From contig CAZCCG010000001.1 of NCBI GenBank assembly GCA_964497535.1, positions 2,688 through 66,687 on the forward strand: a stretch of 64,000 bases of DNA, given 5' to 3'. Positions 28,587-38,118 of the stretch are shown piece after piece; position 1 is the stretch's first letter; every line of letters begins with the position of its first letter. The notes under the pieces are model-generated. The model was given only the letters and a program-made list of their open reading frames with translations. It was not told the DNA's origin and ran no database searches. This stretch comes from an uncultured Gammaproteobacteria bacterium (GTDB taxonomy: Bacteria; Patescibacteriota; Microgenomatia; Levybacterales; UBA12049). The position numbers and the translations under genes were made by a program.

Positions 28587-28865
28587 ATGATCATGAACCG
28601 AGCCAAAAACCTCTTTACCCTGAATATGCTGGGTATGATTCTGTTAGCTGTTCTCAGCGCAGGATGTTTGCCGAATAGGCAAAACATGTATCCATCTCAA
28701 GGAGGATTTAATCCTCTGATAAAACCGACCTCGGTCATCGCGCAAGCAACCCCAACAGTAGCGCCAAGAATGTCCAACGGCATCTACCCGGATATAGAAA
28801 CCCAACGAGCCATGATGCTACTCATCATCAGACCCATAGGAGGACTCGATGTGGCAACGGATTAA
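28587..28865 (+). CDS. small lipoprotein, hypothetical
   Basis: Lipobox-like LLAVLSAGC. Confidence 0.45.
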   Translation: MIMNRAKNLFTLNMLGMILLAVLSAGCLPNRQNMYPSQGGFNPLIKPTSVIAQATPTVAPRMSNGIYPDIETQRAMMLLIIRPIGGLDVATD

Positions 28866-29043
28866 GCATCTTCTCGGATCCAAGTGGACCATGGGGTTTC
28901 TGGCATTTCTTGTAGCAGTGGGTTTCATTGCAGCCAAAAAACCGGAACTGGTGAAGGAGGTCAACGGCCCCTGGTGGGTTAGCGTCACGAGTGCCTTCTC
29001 TCTGCTCTGGAGTTGGCTACATCACCGAAACAAAGACGAGTAG
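28849..29043 (+). CDS. small membrane protein
   Basis: 64 aa with one TM helix. Confidence 0.3.
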   Translation: MWQRIKHLLGSKWTMGFLAFLVAVGFIAAKKPELVKEVNGPWWVSVTSAFSLLWSWLHHRNKDE

Positions 29044-29330
29044 GAGTGACTCTCATGCTTATACTTGCACTAGTGATTGCGGGCGTAGTCTTTGAGGGAC
29101 TTTGCCTGGTAGGACTCTACTCTATCGGAGGCCGCCACTTGGTCGAAAACGGCATCTTCTTCAGTTGCGAAGCAGTTCTGAGTGGATTTGTCCTGTGGCG
29201 CTCGGCTCTTTGGGCAGACACGATGAAGTCCTGGAGACAGCATCTGGCTGTTGGTCTCTGTATGATCGCAGCCTTCTTTACCATCCTCAGTGTAGTAGCC
29301 CTCACGCTACCCTTTATCTTGTTTGACTGA
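29013..29330 (+). CDS. membrane protein, hypothetical
   Basis: 105 aa with three TM helices. Confidence 0.4.
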   Translation: MATSPKQRRVGVTLMLILALVIAGVVFEGLCLVGLYSIGGRHLVENGIFFSCEAVLSGFVLWRSALWADTMKSWRQHLAVGLCMIAAFFTILSVVALTLPFILFD

Positions 29331-29346
29331 CCCTACAACCACCCAA

Positions 29347-29378
29347 AAGCCCCCCGCTTCGGGGGGCTTCACTTTTCT
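29347..29378. terminator. strong GC hairpin (aagccccccg-ctt-cggggggctt), bidirectional
   Basis: 10-bp stem, followed by cacttttct. Confidence 0.7.
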
Positions 29379-29381
29379 GCT

Positions 29382-30632
29382 TTAAAGGACCTTAAGTCGA
29401 TACAAATATCTAACACATACTGCTGCGATACTAATCACAACTCCAAAGCTAAAAAGAGTCAATAACAATCCCACCGAATTTGCAAAAAATCCCAAAAGAA
29501 GTACCGGAATAGGAGTCACTAATGCAATAAGAATATCAAGAAAAGAAAATACCCTTCCATGCATCTGGACAGGAGCAAACCGTTGCACCAAAGTCCTAGA
29601 TTGCACTGAAATAATAACAATACAAATACCTGCAACCATAGCTATGAGAGAAGAAAACCCCTGCAAGACAAAAGCATTCCCCTGTCCCGGCAGTATCAAC
29701 GGCAAAATACTTAATAGAATATACAAAATGGAAATCCCGATCATTGAACTAAAGATAGAAGTCTTATACCCCAACATGTTTCGTATTGAAGGCAATAGCA
29801 AAGCGCCTAACGCTAACCCTGCAATAAAAGGAATAATAAGGACATAGCTAATCATCGGAATCGGCAGAAAGAGATACCGTCTCACGTATTCCAAAAGAAT
29901 AACAGTCAATACCCCAATATTGAGCTCGACAAACGCTAATAAAAAAATTGGGATTGTTACTCTATAATTCGTCCGTAATTCCCCCAAGACATCCAGAAAT
30001 AACTGTGTTGTTTGTTTTACTACACTTTTTTCTGAAACTTCAAGCTCTACTTTTTGAATCTTTCTCAGTCCTACCAATGAAATCAAACCGACCAGAAGTA
30101 ATATACTTGCAACCACAAATGGGATACTCTGGCCGGAAGTTCCCAATCCCCCTCCCAACTGGATAATGGGTGCCGCAATAATATATCCTACAAGTACTGA
30201 TCCCAATAGAGTAAATAGAAAAAAAGTATTGGCCAACTCTAACTGATGCGGTTTGACAATTTGCGGTATTGCTGCGGCTTCTGCAGGAATAAAAAACCGA
30301 GCAACTGACGCGGTTAAAAAAGCAACGGCGATAATAGCCAGAAAATTTGTCCCTACCCATAAATACAATCCAAAAAATACAATTAAAGCAATGTCGCATA
30401 ACACCATCAACCGCTTTTTTTCGGAAAGCTCTACTAATGGACCGGCAATAATACCAAACAATAATGCGGGAATTGTGATACCAACATAAAACCATGCCTG
30501 CTTTAGCGGTGACTGTGTTGTATAAGCGATAATAAGAAGCGCTGTATAGTTACAGAGGTTAATACTTACTTGCAAAAGAACTTGATTTCCCCATACGCGT
30601 AAAAAATCAGAGTTCTTCAGAAGTGATTTCAT
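29382..30632 (-). CDS. MFS transporter
   Basis: 416 aa with 12 TM helices in a 6+6 arrangement. Confidence 0.7.
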   Translation of the reverse strand: MKSLLKNSDFLRVWGNQVLLQVSINLCNYTALLIIAYTTQSPLKQAWFYVGITIPALLFGIIAGPLVELSEKKRLMVLCDIALIVFFGLYLWVGTNFLAIIAVAFLTASVARFFIPAEAAAIPQIVKPHQLELANTFFLFTLLGSVLVGYIIAAPIIQLGGGLGTSGQSIPFVVASILLLVGLISLVGLRKIQKVELEVSEKSVVKQTTQLFLDVLGELRTNYRVTIPIFLLAFVELNIGVLTVILLEYVRRYLFLPIPMISYVLIIPFIAGLALGALLLPSIRNMLGYKTSIFSSMIGISILYILLSILPLILPGQGNAFVLQGFSSLIAMVAGICIVIISVQSRTLVQRFAPVQMHGRVFSFLDILIALVTPIPVLLLGFFANSVGLLLTLFSFGVVISIAAVCVRYLYRLKVL

Positions 30633-31249
30633 ATCGGCTGCTGCGGGATAAGATTATTAAATTTCACATTGACATAATCCAAATGAAGCAGAATGAAAAA
30701 CAACAGAATCCCCAGCGTCACAATGAATACTTCCTGTGCAATTCTTTTATGATTACGAGATAGCTTGATAGTAACAAGATAAAATAATGCTAAAAGGCTT
30801 GAAACTGAAAACATATAAATAGCATGCCACAGTCCCAATAAATTCCAGTGCCACGGTGTTGGCATGGCCCAATTTACTAAATTATTTACCGCCTGGCTGA
30901 TATGAAAATAAATCGTTATCAGTCCCCCAATAATCAAAGCTAAAGTCAAAAGTTTTTGGGTAATAACTTTTCTATTATTCAGCAAATAACTGGCGACAAT
31001 CATATTGATAATCGGCAATAAAATTCCATCACCTAGAATCGCTGATTTATAGGTCAAGCTGCTACGAAGACTTTCCACCAATGGAGAATGAATTGAATAG
31101 AGATAGATGTTGAGGATTGCGGCTGCACCGAATCCAAAAAAAAATGTTGCAATCCCAACAGAGAGAATAATATTTCTTTTACGTGCAAGGAAAGGATTTT
31201 CTTCAATTCTTTTGATAAGCAGTGCTGCTCTCATAGGCTTTTTTAACAA
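30629..31249 (-). CDS. membrane protein, hypothetical
   Basis: 206 aa with five to six TM helices. Overlaps the MFS start by 4 bp. Confidence 0.5.
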   Translation of the reverse strand: MLKKPMRAALLIKRIEENPFLARKRNIILSVGIATFFFGFGAAAILNIYLYSIHSPLVESLRSSLTYKSAILGDGILLPIINMIVASYLLNNRKVITQKLLTLALIIGGLITIYFHISQAVNNLVNWAMPTPWHWNLLGLWHAIYMFSVSSLLALFYLVTIKLSRNHKRIAQEVFIVTLGILLFFILLHLDYVNVKFNNLIPQQPI

Positions 31250-32429
31250 ATGTCTGTATTTCTTTTTGGAAACGTTCTTTTGAAAATAGAGCAGCTTGTT
31301 TGATACAAGCTTGACGTGACCATTTTATTGTATCAAATTTTTGGATTGTGGAAAGCAGAGCATTTACACTTAATTCATGAAAAAAGAGTCCTGTCTTTCC
31401 TTCAACGACAGACTCTTTGTATCCCCCGCCATAGAATGCAACAACCGGGGTACCACAGAGCATTGATTCAACCGGAGTAATCCCAAAATCTTCATCTGTT
31501 GCCAATGCCAAAAATGCTTTTGCTTGAGAATAAAGTTGTATCAATTCTTCATCAGTTACATGTCCTAAAAACTCTACATTCTTCTGTGCAAGTTTTTCAA
31601 GCTTTTTATGTTCTGTATAATACCCTGCCGCAACTCCTGCAATTTTGAGATTAAATCCCCCTTTGACTGCTGCCTCTACCGCCAAATCCAACCCCTTCCC
31701 CCCTACAATCCGCGCGAGAATAAAAAAGTACTCTTCCTTTTTATTGTCATTCTCAGCTTGACTGAGAATCGTGGATCCTCGCTTTCGCGAGGATGACTGG
31801 GAGGTATTACTCGATAACTGTTGGGGTAACGAAACCGGAGGATAAATCACTGTCGCATCACGACGATAAAACTTTTTGATCCGTGCTGCAGTTTCACGAG
31901 AGTTGGCAATAAAGTAATTTACTTTTTGTGCAGCAGTGAAATCATACATTCGCATGAAATGTCCGACAATCGCAGCATATACCCGTACCGGCCAGTATTT
32001 TTGAAACTCAATCGAAGTCTTATATCCATACAACCACCGTGGCGGCGTATGGCAGTAACAAACCTCGATAGGACTACTGCTAACTGCTAACTGATTACTA
32101 CTAACTCTTCGGGAGCCGAATCCTTTGGTTACATACCAAGAAGCTGATGAGATAACAACATCATACTGCATCAATTCCTTTTTGAATGAACCCCACACGA
32201 GCGGTGCCAAAAACCGCAGCGGACTATGCAGATAGCTTGAGAAAAATGGGATGAAGTGAACCCATGAAGGCTTAATAACTCTACTTTTGAGTTGTTGATA
32301 TGCGTATGAATCCTTTTTATAAAACGCCGTATAGATAGGCGCTTCAGGATAGAGCTCGGCCAGTGCTTCCAGCACACGCTCTGCTCCCCCATACTCTTTA
32401 ATATAGTCGTGTATTAATGCTACCTTCAT
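31203..32429 (-). CDS. glycosyltransferase family 1 (GT4-like)
   Basis: EYGGAERV N-terminus and a C-terminal E..GITPVES..CGTPVVA..GG..E motif. Internal S-rich low-complexity insert. Confidence 0.75.
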   Translation of the reverse strand: MKVALIHDYIKEYGGAERVLEALAELYPEAPIYTAFYKKDSYAYQQLKSRVIKPSWVHFIPFFSSYLHSPLRFLAPLVWGSFKKELMQYDVVISSASWYVTKGFGSRRVSSNQLAVSSSPIEVCYCHTPPRWLYGYKTSIEFQKYWPVRVYAAIVGHFMRMYDFTAAQKVNYFIANSRETAARIKKFYRRDATVIYPPVSLPQQLSSNTSQSSSRKRGSTILSQAENDNKKEEYFFILARIVGGKGLDLAVEAAVKGGFNLKIAGVAAGYYTEHKKLEKLAQKNVEFLGHVTDEELIQLYSQAKAFLALATDEDFGITPVESMLCGTPVVAFYGGGYKESVVEGKTGLFFHELSVNALLSTIQKFDTIKWSRQACIKQAALFSKERFQKEIQTFVKKAYESSTAYQKN

Positions 32430-32505
32430 AAATCCTTTCGTATTTCGGGACGCTCAGACATTCCTATATACAATATACGAAATACTAAATACAAACACGC
32501 CTTAC

Positions 32506-33423
32506 TCAAAGGAGTCCCAACTGCTCCTCCTTTTTTTCTTGTTTTTGCCGCTGAATAAATATAGGGATTCGTTTGGCCAGACTCTTAAATTCCAGCTTTT
32601 CAAACTCCGCTTCCACTCCACCCCGGTCCAATCGTGCCACTTCACATTTTTTGATGTCTATAGTCACGGGCGCGTCTGTAATAATGGTGGCTAGCTGCTT
32701 GGCCATACCAGCTGCTTCAGCACCACTCGCAAGCTTGAGAGCCAGCCCTTCATTTTTTATTTTAATCTCATCCAGGTGTTGATAAATATTCTCCAATGTC
32801 TGGTACTGCTTCAATAAATTCGCCGCACCTTTGGGACCAATTCCTGCTACCCCTGGATAATTATCAGACGCGTCTCCCACCAATGCTTTATAGTCGATCA
32901 TTTGGGTCGGATGAATACCAAACTTCTCCTCTACTTTTTGCTCATCATAGAGTTCTGTCTTGGTAACCCCAACAAGCGGCATCAGTACTTTTACCCCAGG
33001 CGTAACCAATTGCATCATATCGCGATCTCCGGTGACAATAATGACTTCATATCCATTCTTATCAAAGTGACTTGCAATCGTCCCGATCAAATCATCTGCT
33101 TCATACCCGTCAACTTCAAAAATTTGCACATGCATCTGATTAAGAACATCATGGATCAATGCTATCTGGGAAGATAGTTCGTCTGCCATTTGCGGCCGTG
33201 TAGCCTGGTATCCTGCATAGAGTTGCTTACGAAATGTTGGCTTCGGCCGATCAAAACACACAATAATATAGTCAGGCTTTTGGTCTTCCAAAATCTTGAG
33301 AAACATTGCGGAAAATCCATAGACAGCATTGGTTAACTGCCCTGAAGAATTTGAAAGCGGCGGATAGGCATGATATGCCCGATGTAAAATTGCATTTCCG
33401 TCTATAAGTACCAGCTTTTCCAT
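32506..33423 (-). CDS. 5'-3' exonuclease (Pol I N-terminal-like flap endonuclease)
   Basis: LVLIDGNAILHRAYHA..., GDRDMMQL, H3TH region. Confidence 0.85.
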   Translation of the reverse strand: MEKLVLIDGNAILHRAYHAYPPLSNSSGQLTNAVYGFSAMFLKILEDQKPDYIIVCFDRPKPTFRKQLYAGYQATRPQMADELSSQIALIHDVLNQMHVQIFEVDGYEADDLIGTIASHFDKNGYEVIIVTGDRDMMQLVTPGVKVLMPLVGVTKTELYDEQKVEEKFGIHPTQMIDYKALVGDASDNYPGVAGIGPKGAANLLKQYQTLENIYQHLDEIKIKNEGLALKLASGAEAAGMAKQLATIITDAPVTIDIKKCEVARLDRGGVEAEFEKLEFKSLAKRIPIFIQRQKQEKKEEQLGLL

Positions 33424-33485
33424 ATCCCTGATTCTAACAGAAAAGAGATACCAAAGAAACCGAGTTTCCCTGCTATAATACAGCT

Positions 33486-34091
33486 ATGATTAAAGCAATC
33501 CTTTTTGATGCCGACGGCGTTATCATCAATACTGAAATGTTTAGCGTTCAATTGGCCAAAGACTATCATATTGATCCGCAGAAATTGCTTCCTTTTTTCA
33601 AAAATGAATTCCAAAAATGTCTTACCGGCAAAGCTGACCTCAAAGTCGAATTGCAACCATACCTCAAGCAATGGGGTTGGACGAAATCTGCTGATGATTT
33701 CCTCACCTATTGGTTTGCGTCAGAACACAAAATTGATGAGTCCCTTATTGCCTACATCCAGACTCTTCGCAGAAGAGGTATACCCTGCTATATGGCAACC
33801 AACCAGGAAAAATATCGTACAGAATATTTTCTCACTCGCATGGGTTTTGCGGAAAGTTTTGATGCTATTTTTTCTTCATCCCAGTTGGGGGAGAAAAAAC
33901 CAGACACTGCATTTTTTAAAAAAATCCTCACCAATCTCAAACCGTTACAAGCAGAAGAAATTCTCTTTTGGGATAATAGCCCAAGCCACATCAACGGAGC
34001 AAAACAAGTAGGGATCCATGCGCAGCTCTATACAAACTTTGAGGATCTCAAAAAGAAAACAGACCAACTCCTAACTGTAACAACTGATTGA
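33486..34091 (+). CDS. HAD-superfamily hydrolase
   Basis: IKAILFDADGVII motif I, MATNQ, FWDNSPSHINGA. Confidence 0.75.
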   Translation: MIKAILFDADGVIINTEMFSVQLAKDYHIDPQKLLPFFKNEFQKCLTGKADLKVELQPYLKQWGWTKSADDFLTYWFASEHKIDESLIAYIQTLRRRGIPCYMATNQEKYRTEYFLTRMGFAESFDAIFSSSQLGEKKPDTAFFKKILTNLKPLQAEEILFWDNSPSHINGAKQVGIHAQLYTNFEDLKKKTDQLLTVTTD

Positions 34092-34094
34092 TAC

Positions 34095-34240
34095 CTTGAC
34101 TACAGTCTAATCATGAATTAAGAATAAAGAATTATCCTTCGGCTGTGCTCAGGACGAGTGAATCAAGGTAATACCATAACTCATAATTCATACTTCATAA
34201 TTCCCAATTGTTAACTACTGACTGCTAACTCCTCCTATAT
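34095..34240. repeat. repeat family B, copy 2
   Basis: Near-identical to 16232-16385. Confidence 0.8.
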
Positions 34241-34270
34241 ACTAAATACAAAATACTCTATACTTACCCT

Positions 34271-34510
34271 ATGTCCTGGCAGAATTTACTCTTTACCGGT
34301 GGAACGCTGATTTTTATTATTGCCTTGCTTCCCAGTGTTTTGGGCAAGAATGACAAACCAGCTATAACGACAAGTCTAGTTACGGGCATAACCCTTCTTG
34401 CTTATACGATTGCCTATATGAGTCTGCAATTTTGGAGCGCTGGAGCAATGGCATTTGCATTATCAATACTCTGGTTTATTCTTTTAATTCAGAAAATGAG
34501 AAAACAGTAA
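34271..34510 (+). CDS. small two-TM protein
   Basis: 79 aa. Confidence 0.35.
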   Translation: MSWQNLLFTGGTLIFIIALLPSVLGKNDKPAITTSLVTGITLLAYTIAYMSLQFWSAGAMAFALSILWFILLIQKMRKQ

Positions 34511-34554
34511 TACCAAAAAAAATGGCACTGTAAGATCTTTACAGTGCCCGGTAC

Positions 34555-34857
34555 CTAACGAGTAGACTCCTCTGCTAAGAAACTCCTTACCTGATCCATG
34601 AGTTTCTCAACTAACGGCAGCTTTTCATGACTCCCATCAAAATCTTCGTAAGCTTCAGCAAGCATCAGAGCAATAGTTATATTCAGTACTCCATCCTCCC
34701 TGGCCAATTGTGTAATCTGATCTCGAAGATTGCTGACGCTCGTACAGCATGCAGGAAGACCGTCCCGTTCTTTACTGATCAAACTCATCCACTCGGTGTC
34801 GGTAAGCGCAACCCTTTGCTCTTCCACAGGATCCTCCTTTTGAAGTTTTGCTCGCAA
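34555..34857 (-). CDS. hypothetical protein
   Basis: 100-aa acidic protein; no motif recognised. Confidence 0.35.
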   Translation of the reverse strand: MRAKLQKEDPVEEQRVALTDTEWMSLISKERDGLPACCTSVSNLRDQITQLAREDGVLNITIALMLAEAYEDFDGSHEKLPLVEKLMDQVRSFLAEESTR

Positions 34858-34873
34858 ACCAGTACGTAGTATA

Positions 34874-35797
34874 TCACAAAACTATAGAAGCTAAGAAAAA
34901 TATAACGGCCAAAACAACCAGCTGTATATACATCCCCGGTACCATCCCCACCCAGTGTGTATGCCAATGGGCATCTATTTTATTAAGCTTTCTAAATCCA
35001 TACCCAGGATTAAATACAAACCAAAAGAAATCCTCAAGTAATATTGCCAAACACAACACCCCAAGCATCTGCAATTCCAAAGACCAGGAAAAAGTAATCC
35101 CAAAGAAAAATCCTGCCTGCATCAGTACCACGACAAAAATAGTCAACCATGTGTGGTAGCCAGTGACTGGTCGTTGCCCAACAAAGAAATGGGAAATCTT
35201 GGTGACCATTCGCCAGGTCGGTAACTTCTGTGCCCATCCATCCACTCCCTCTACTTGTATCTCAAGCTGTGCTACAAAAAAAGAGGCTACTATTCCAAAA
35301 AGACAAATCATCATAATTGATGGGTTTGCAAGAGGAGTATCCTGAGCAATAAAACTCAACAAAAAAAAGATTACTCCACCGGTAAAAAACTTGAGATATG
35401 AAAGTGGAATTGATCCAAACCACTCGTGATGCCAGGTAATATCTTTTTGTGTGAACTTTTTCAAGCCATAATGAGGGTTGAGTACAAACCACAAGAAATC
35501 CTCAACAAGCCAAATGAAGCAAAATGCCGAAAGGATATGCAGTTCCAATGTAAGATCCCACGAAAGAGTAAGAACAAATACCCCATGCAGAAACCAAAGA
35601 ATAGTTGTAATAAGCCAAAAGTGATACCCTGTTAACGGCGCTTTTCCATAGATGATTTTCGTAAACTTATTGCGTAGTCTCCACGTGGGAAGTTTTGCTG
35701 CCCACCCATCTTTACCCTCAATTTCGATTTCAAGCTTTGCCAATGCAAAAGATACCAGAAGAATAAAGAGGATAAATGGAATAATCAGGCTACTCAT
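34874..35797 (-). CDS. membrane protein with internal tandem duplication (two ~150-aa repeats)
   Basis: KLEIEIEGKDGWAAKLPTWR...PLTGYHFWL repeated as QLEIQVEGVDGWAQKLPTWR...PVTGYHTWL. Start overlaps the ftsH stop (TAATG). Confidence 0.6.
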   Translation of the reverse strand: MSSLIIPFILFILLVSFALAKLEIEIEGKDGWAAKLPTWRLRNKFTKIIYGKAPLTGYHFWLITTILWFLHGVFVLTLSWDLTLELHILSAFCFIWLVEDFLWFVLNPHYGLKKFTQKDITWHHEWFGSIPLSYLKFFTGGVIFFLLSFIAQDTPLANPSIMMICLFGIVASFFVAQLEIQVEGVDGWAQKLPTWRMVTKISHFFVGQRPVTGYHTWLTIFVVVLMQAGFFFGITFSWSLELQMLGVLCLAILLEDFFWFVFNPGYGFRKLNKIDAHWHTHWVGMVPGMYIQLVVLAVIFFLASIVL

Positions 35798-37674
35798 TAG
35801 GATTTTACTTTGGTGGGGATAACAGTCGGTACCGTAGCTGTGGCAATTCCGATTTTGGGGCCAAGCAATGCTTTAAATTCATCAGCATCCAGTGTTTCTT
35901 TTTTCATCAGTTCTTCTGCCAAAACATCCAACTTATCATGCAGTTTTTTCAGTACCGCAATGGCTGTTTTATATCCTGCATCTGTCAATTTCTTAACTTC
36001 CATATCGATTTTTGATGCCATCTCAGGAGAAAGTTTGCTATCTTCATAGGGTGATTCTTTTTCCAGATCCAGACTCATTGGCCCCAACTCACTCATACCA
36101 TAGTCAGTTACCATAAGCCGTGCAACACGAGTTGCTTTGGCAATATCATCTGATGCTCCTGTTGTCATTTCTTTAAATATCAGATCCTCTGCCGCACGAC
36201 CTCCAAGCATCATCGCAATCATTTCAATCAAATAGGTTCTGGTCTGATGCACCATATCTTTGGGTTCGATCATGGTATGTCCTAGTGACATCCCGCGAGA
36301 AACAATAGAAATTCTATGGACCGGCTCGATGTGTGGCATCTCCCATGATACAAGCGCATGTCCTGCCTCATGGTATGCGGTCATTTTGCGGTCTTCTTCA
36401 GACTGGAGACGTCGTTTCTCAGGACCCAGCTTTACCTTTGTCGCCGCCTCTTCAATATCTTTCATGTCAATGGCTTTTTTCCCAAGACGCGCTGCCAGGA
36501 TTGCTGCTTCATTGAGCATGTTTTCCAAATCAGCACCGGAAAAACCAACAGTTCGTTTGGCCACACGTTCCCAATCAACAGCTGGCTCAAAGGGTTTGCC
36601 TTTGGCATGTATTGATAAAATTGCTTTTCGCCCAACAACATCCGGCATATCCAACGCAACACGCCGGTCAAACCGTCCAGGCCGAACCAGTGCAGGATCC
36701 AAAACATCAGGACGGTTGGTTGCTGCCATAACTACCAGTTTTTCAGTCGGTGCAAATCCATCCATTTCGACCAGAATCTGGTTGAGGGTTTGTTCGCGTT
36801 CATCGTGTCCACCCATCAGACCCATTCCCCGTTGCCGTCCAATCGCATCAACCTCATCGATAAAGATAATTGCCGGCTGGGCCTTTTTCGCAGTATTGAA
36901 TAAATCGCGTACCCGGCTTGCACCTACACCGACAAGCATTTCCATAAATTCAGATCCTGCCATTGAAAAGAATGGAACACCCGCTTCTCCTGCTGTTGCC
37001 CGTGCCAACAACGTTTTACCGGTTCCGGCCGGACCAATCATCAGTACCCCTTTGGGAGTACGAGCTCCCATTGCCTTATACTTTTCAGGATGCTTGAGAA
37101 AATCAACAATTTCTGTAAGCTCTTGCTTGGCTTCATCAACTCCCGCGACATCTTTGAAAGTAATCTGGGGCTGGTCTTTGTTGAATAATTTTGCTTTGGA
37201 CTGTCCAAATGAGAAAATATTATCTTGTGCTCCCCTTGCCTGGCGGAATATAAAGAAGAAAAAACCAATCATAAGCACAAGCGGCAATAAATTGGTAAGA
37301 AGATTCAGCCAATTGGTAACGCCTGTTTCATCTTTTACCGTAACATTGGTATTTTGCAAGGATGCTCCCGCATCTTTAAAAAGACTATAGACATTGGAAC
37401 CAGGCTCTTTCAAACTCTCTACCGAGTTACCATTTTTCAACTTTGCGGTAATTTTATTATCAGAGACGGTAATTTGTTTTACCTGACCCTTTTTTACATT
37501 TTGAATAATTTGAGAAATCGGTACAATGTTTTTATCTTCAAAGGGTGTGGCAAGCCCTGCCAAGAGAAACAGTGTAACGAGAATAAGAACTCCATACAAG
37601 ACCAGATTCTTCCAGGATAAATCAATTTTTACTTTTAGAGGTTTTTTGGAATGTCTTTTCCCATTAGAAGCCAT
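35797..37674 (-). CDS. ftsH: ATP-dependent zinc metalloprotease FtsH
   Basis: [13 protein letters not shown] Walker A, SRF, HEAGHAL zinc motif. Confidence 0.95.
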   Translation of the reverse strand: MASNGKRHSKKPLKVKIDLSWKNLVLYGVLILVTLFLLAGLATPFEDKNIVPISQIIQNVKKGQVKQITVSDNKITAKLKNGNSVESLKEPGSNVYSLFKDAGASLQNTNVTVKDETGVTNWLNLLTNLLPLVLMIGFFFFIFRQARGAQDNIFSFGQSKAKLFNKDQPQITFKDVAGVDEAKQELTEIVDFLKHPEKYKAMGARTPKGVLMIGPAGTGKTLLARATAGEAGVPFFSMAGSEFMEMLVGVGASRVRDLFNTAKKAQPAIIFIDEVDAIGRQRGMGLMGGHDEREQTLNQILVEMDGFAPTEKLVVMAATNRPDVLDPALVRPGRFDRRVALDMPDVVGRKAILSIHAKGKPFEPAVDWERVAKRTVGFSGADLENMLNEAAILAARLGKKAIDMKDIEEAATKVKLGPEKRRLQSEEDRKMTAYHEAGHALVSWEMPHIEPVHRISIVSRGMSLGHTMIEPKDMVHQTRTYLIEMIAMMLGGRAAEDLIFKEMTTGASDDIAKATRVARLMVTDYGMSELGPMSLDLEKESPYEDSKLSPEMASKIDMEVKKLTDAGYKTAIAVLKKLHDKLDVLAEELMKKETLDADEFKALLGPKIGIATATVPTVIPTKVKS

Positions 37675-37779
37675 ATAGTAGCTTGGAGTATAGCATAAGA
37701 ATAACCCTTTGCCAACCTGAACAATTCAATAGAAAAGACCTTTTTTTTCTGAATTAATAATCTGATCCCCTTTTGAAGT

Positions 37780-38118
37780 TTGCTAATCAAAATATGTATA
37801 ATAGTTCATATGAAGCCTGAACAAGACAACCAACAATATGAAGAACTCATTGTAACATTTATAGAAAAGGGGTTAGAAAACGGGACGCTCAACATAGATC
37901 AGGCAAGAAAAATAGCAGAGAGCGCATTAACACATATTGACCCTGCTCCGACTTCACCGGAAGAATATGACCAACAAACACTAACCACCATTACTACATT
38001 TCCAGAGCTTAAACCACTTACTCCCAAAGTTGGGCAAACAGAAGATCCACAGCAATCAGATAAAGCTATTGGCGATATACATAAAGCACTACAAGACGAA
38101 CAAATCAATGATAGATAA
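37780..38118 (+). CDS. hypothetical acidic protein
   Basis: 112-aa ORF. Confidence 0.3.
   Translation: MLIKICIIVHMKPEQDNQQYEELIVTFIEKGLENGTLNIDQARKIAESALTHIDPAPTSPEEYDQQTLTTITTFPELKPLTPKVGQTEDPQQSDKAIGDIHKALQDEQINDR

Noticed and set aside
33505-34011. 168-aa ORF overlapping the HAD hydrolase in another frame
   Set aside because: The HAD frame carries the canonical DxDG motif; the alternate frame has no features and odd composition.
36260-37390. 376-aa plus-strand ORF opposite ftsH
   Set aside because: Antisense to a highly conserved gene. S/R/A/P-rich low-complexity composition typical of a shadow ORF.
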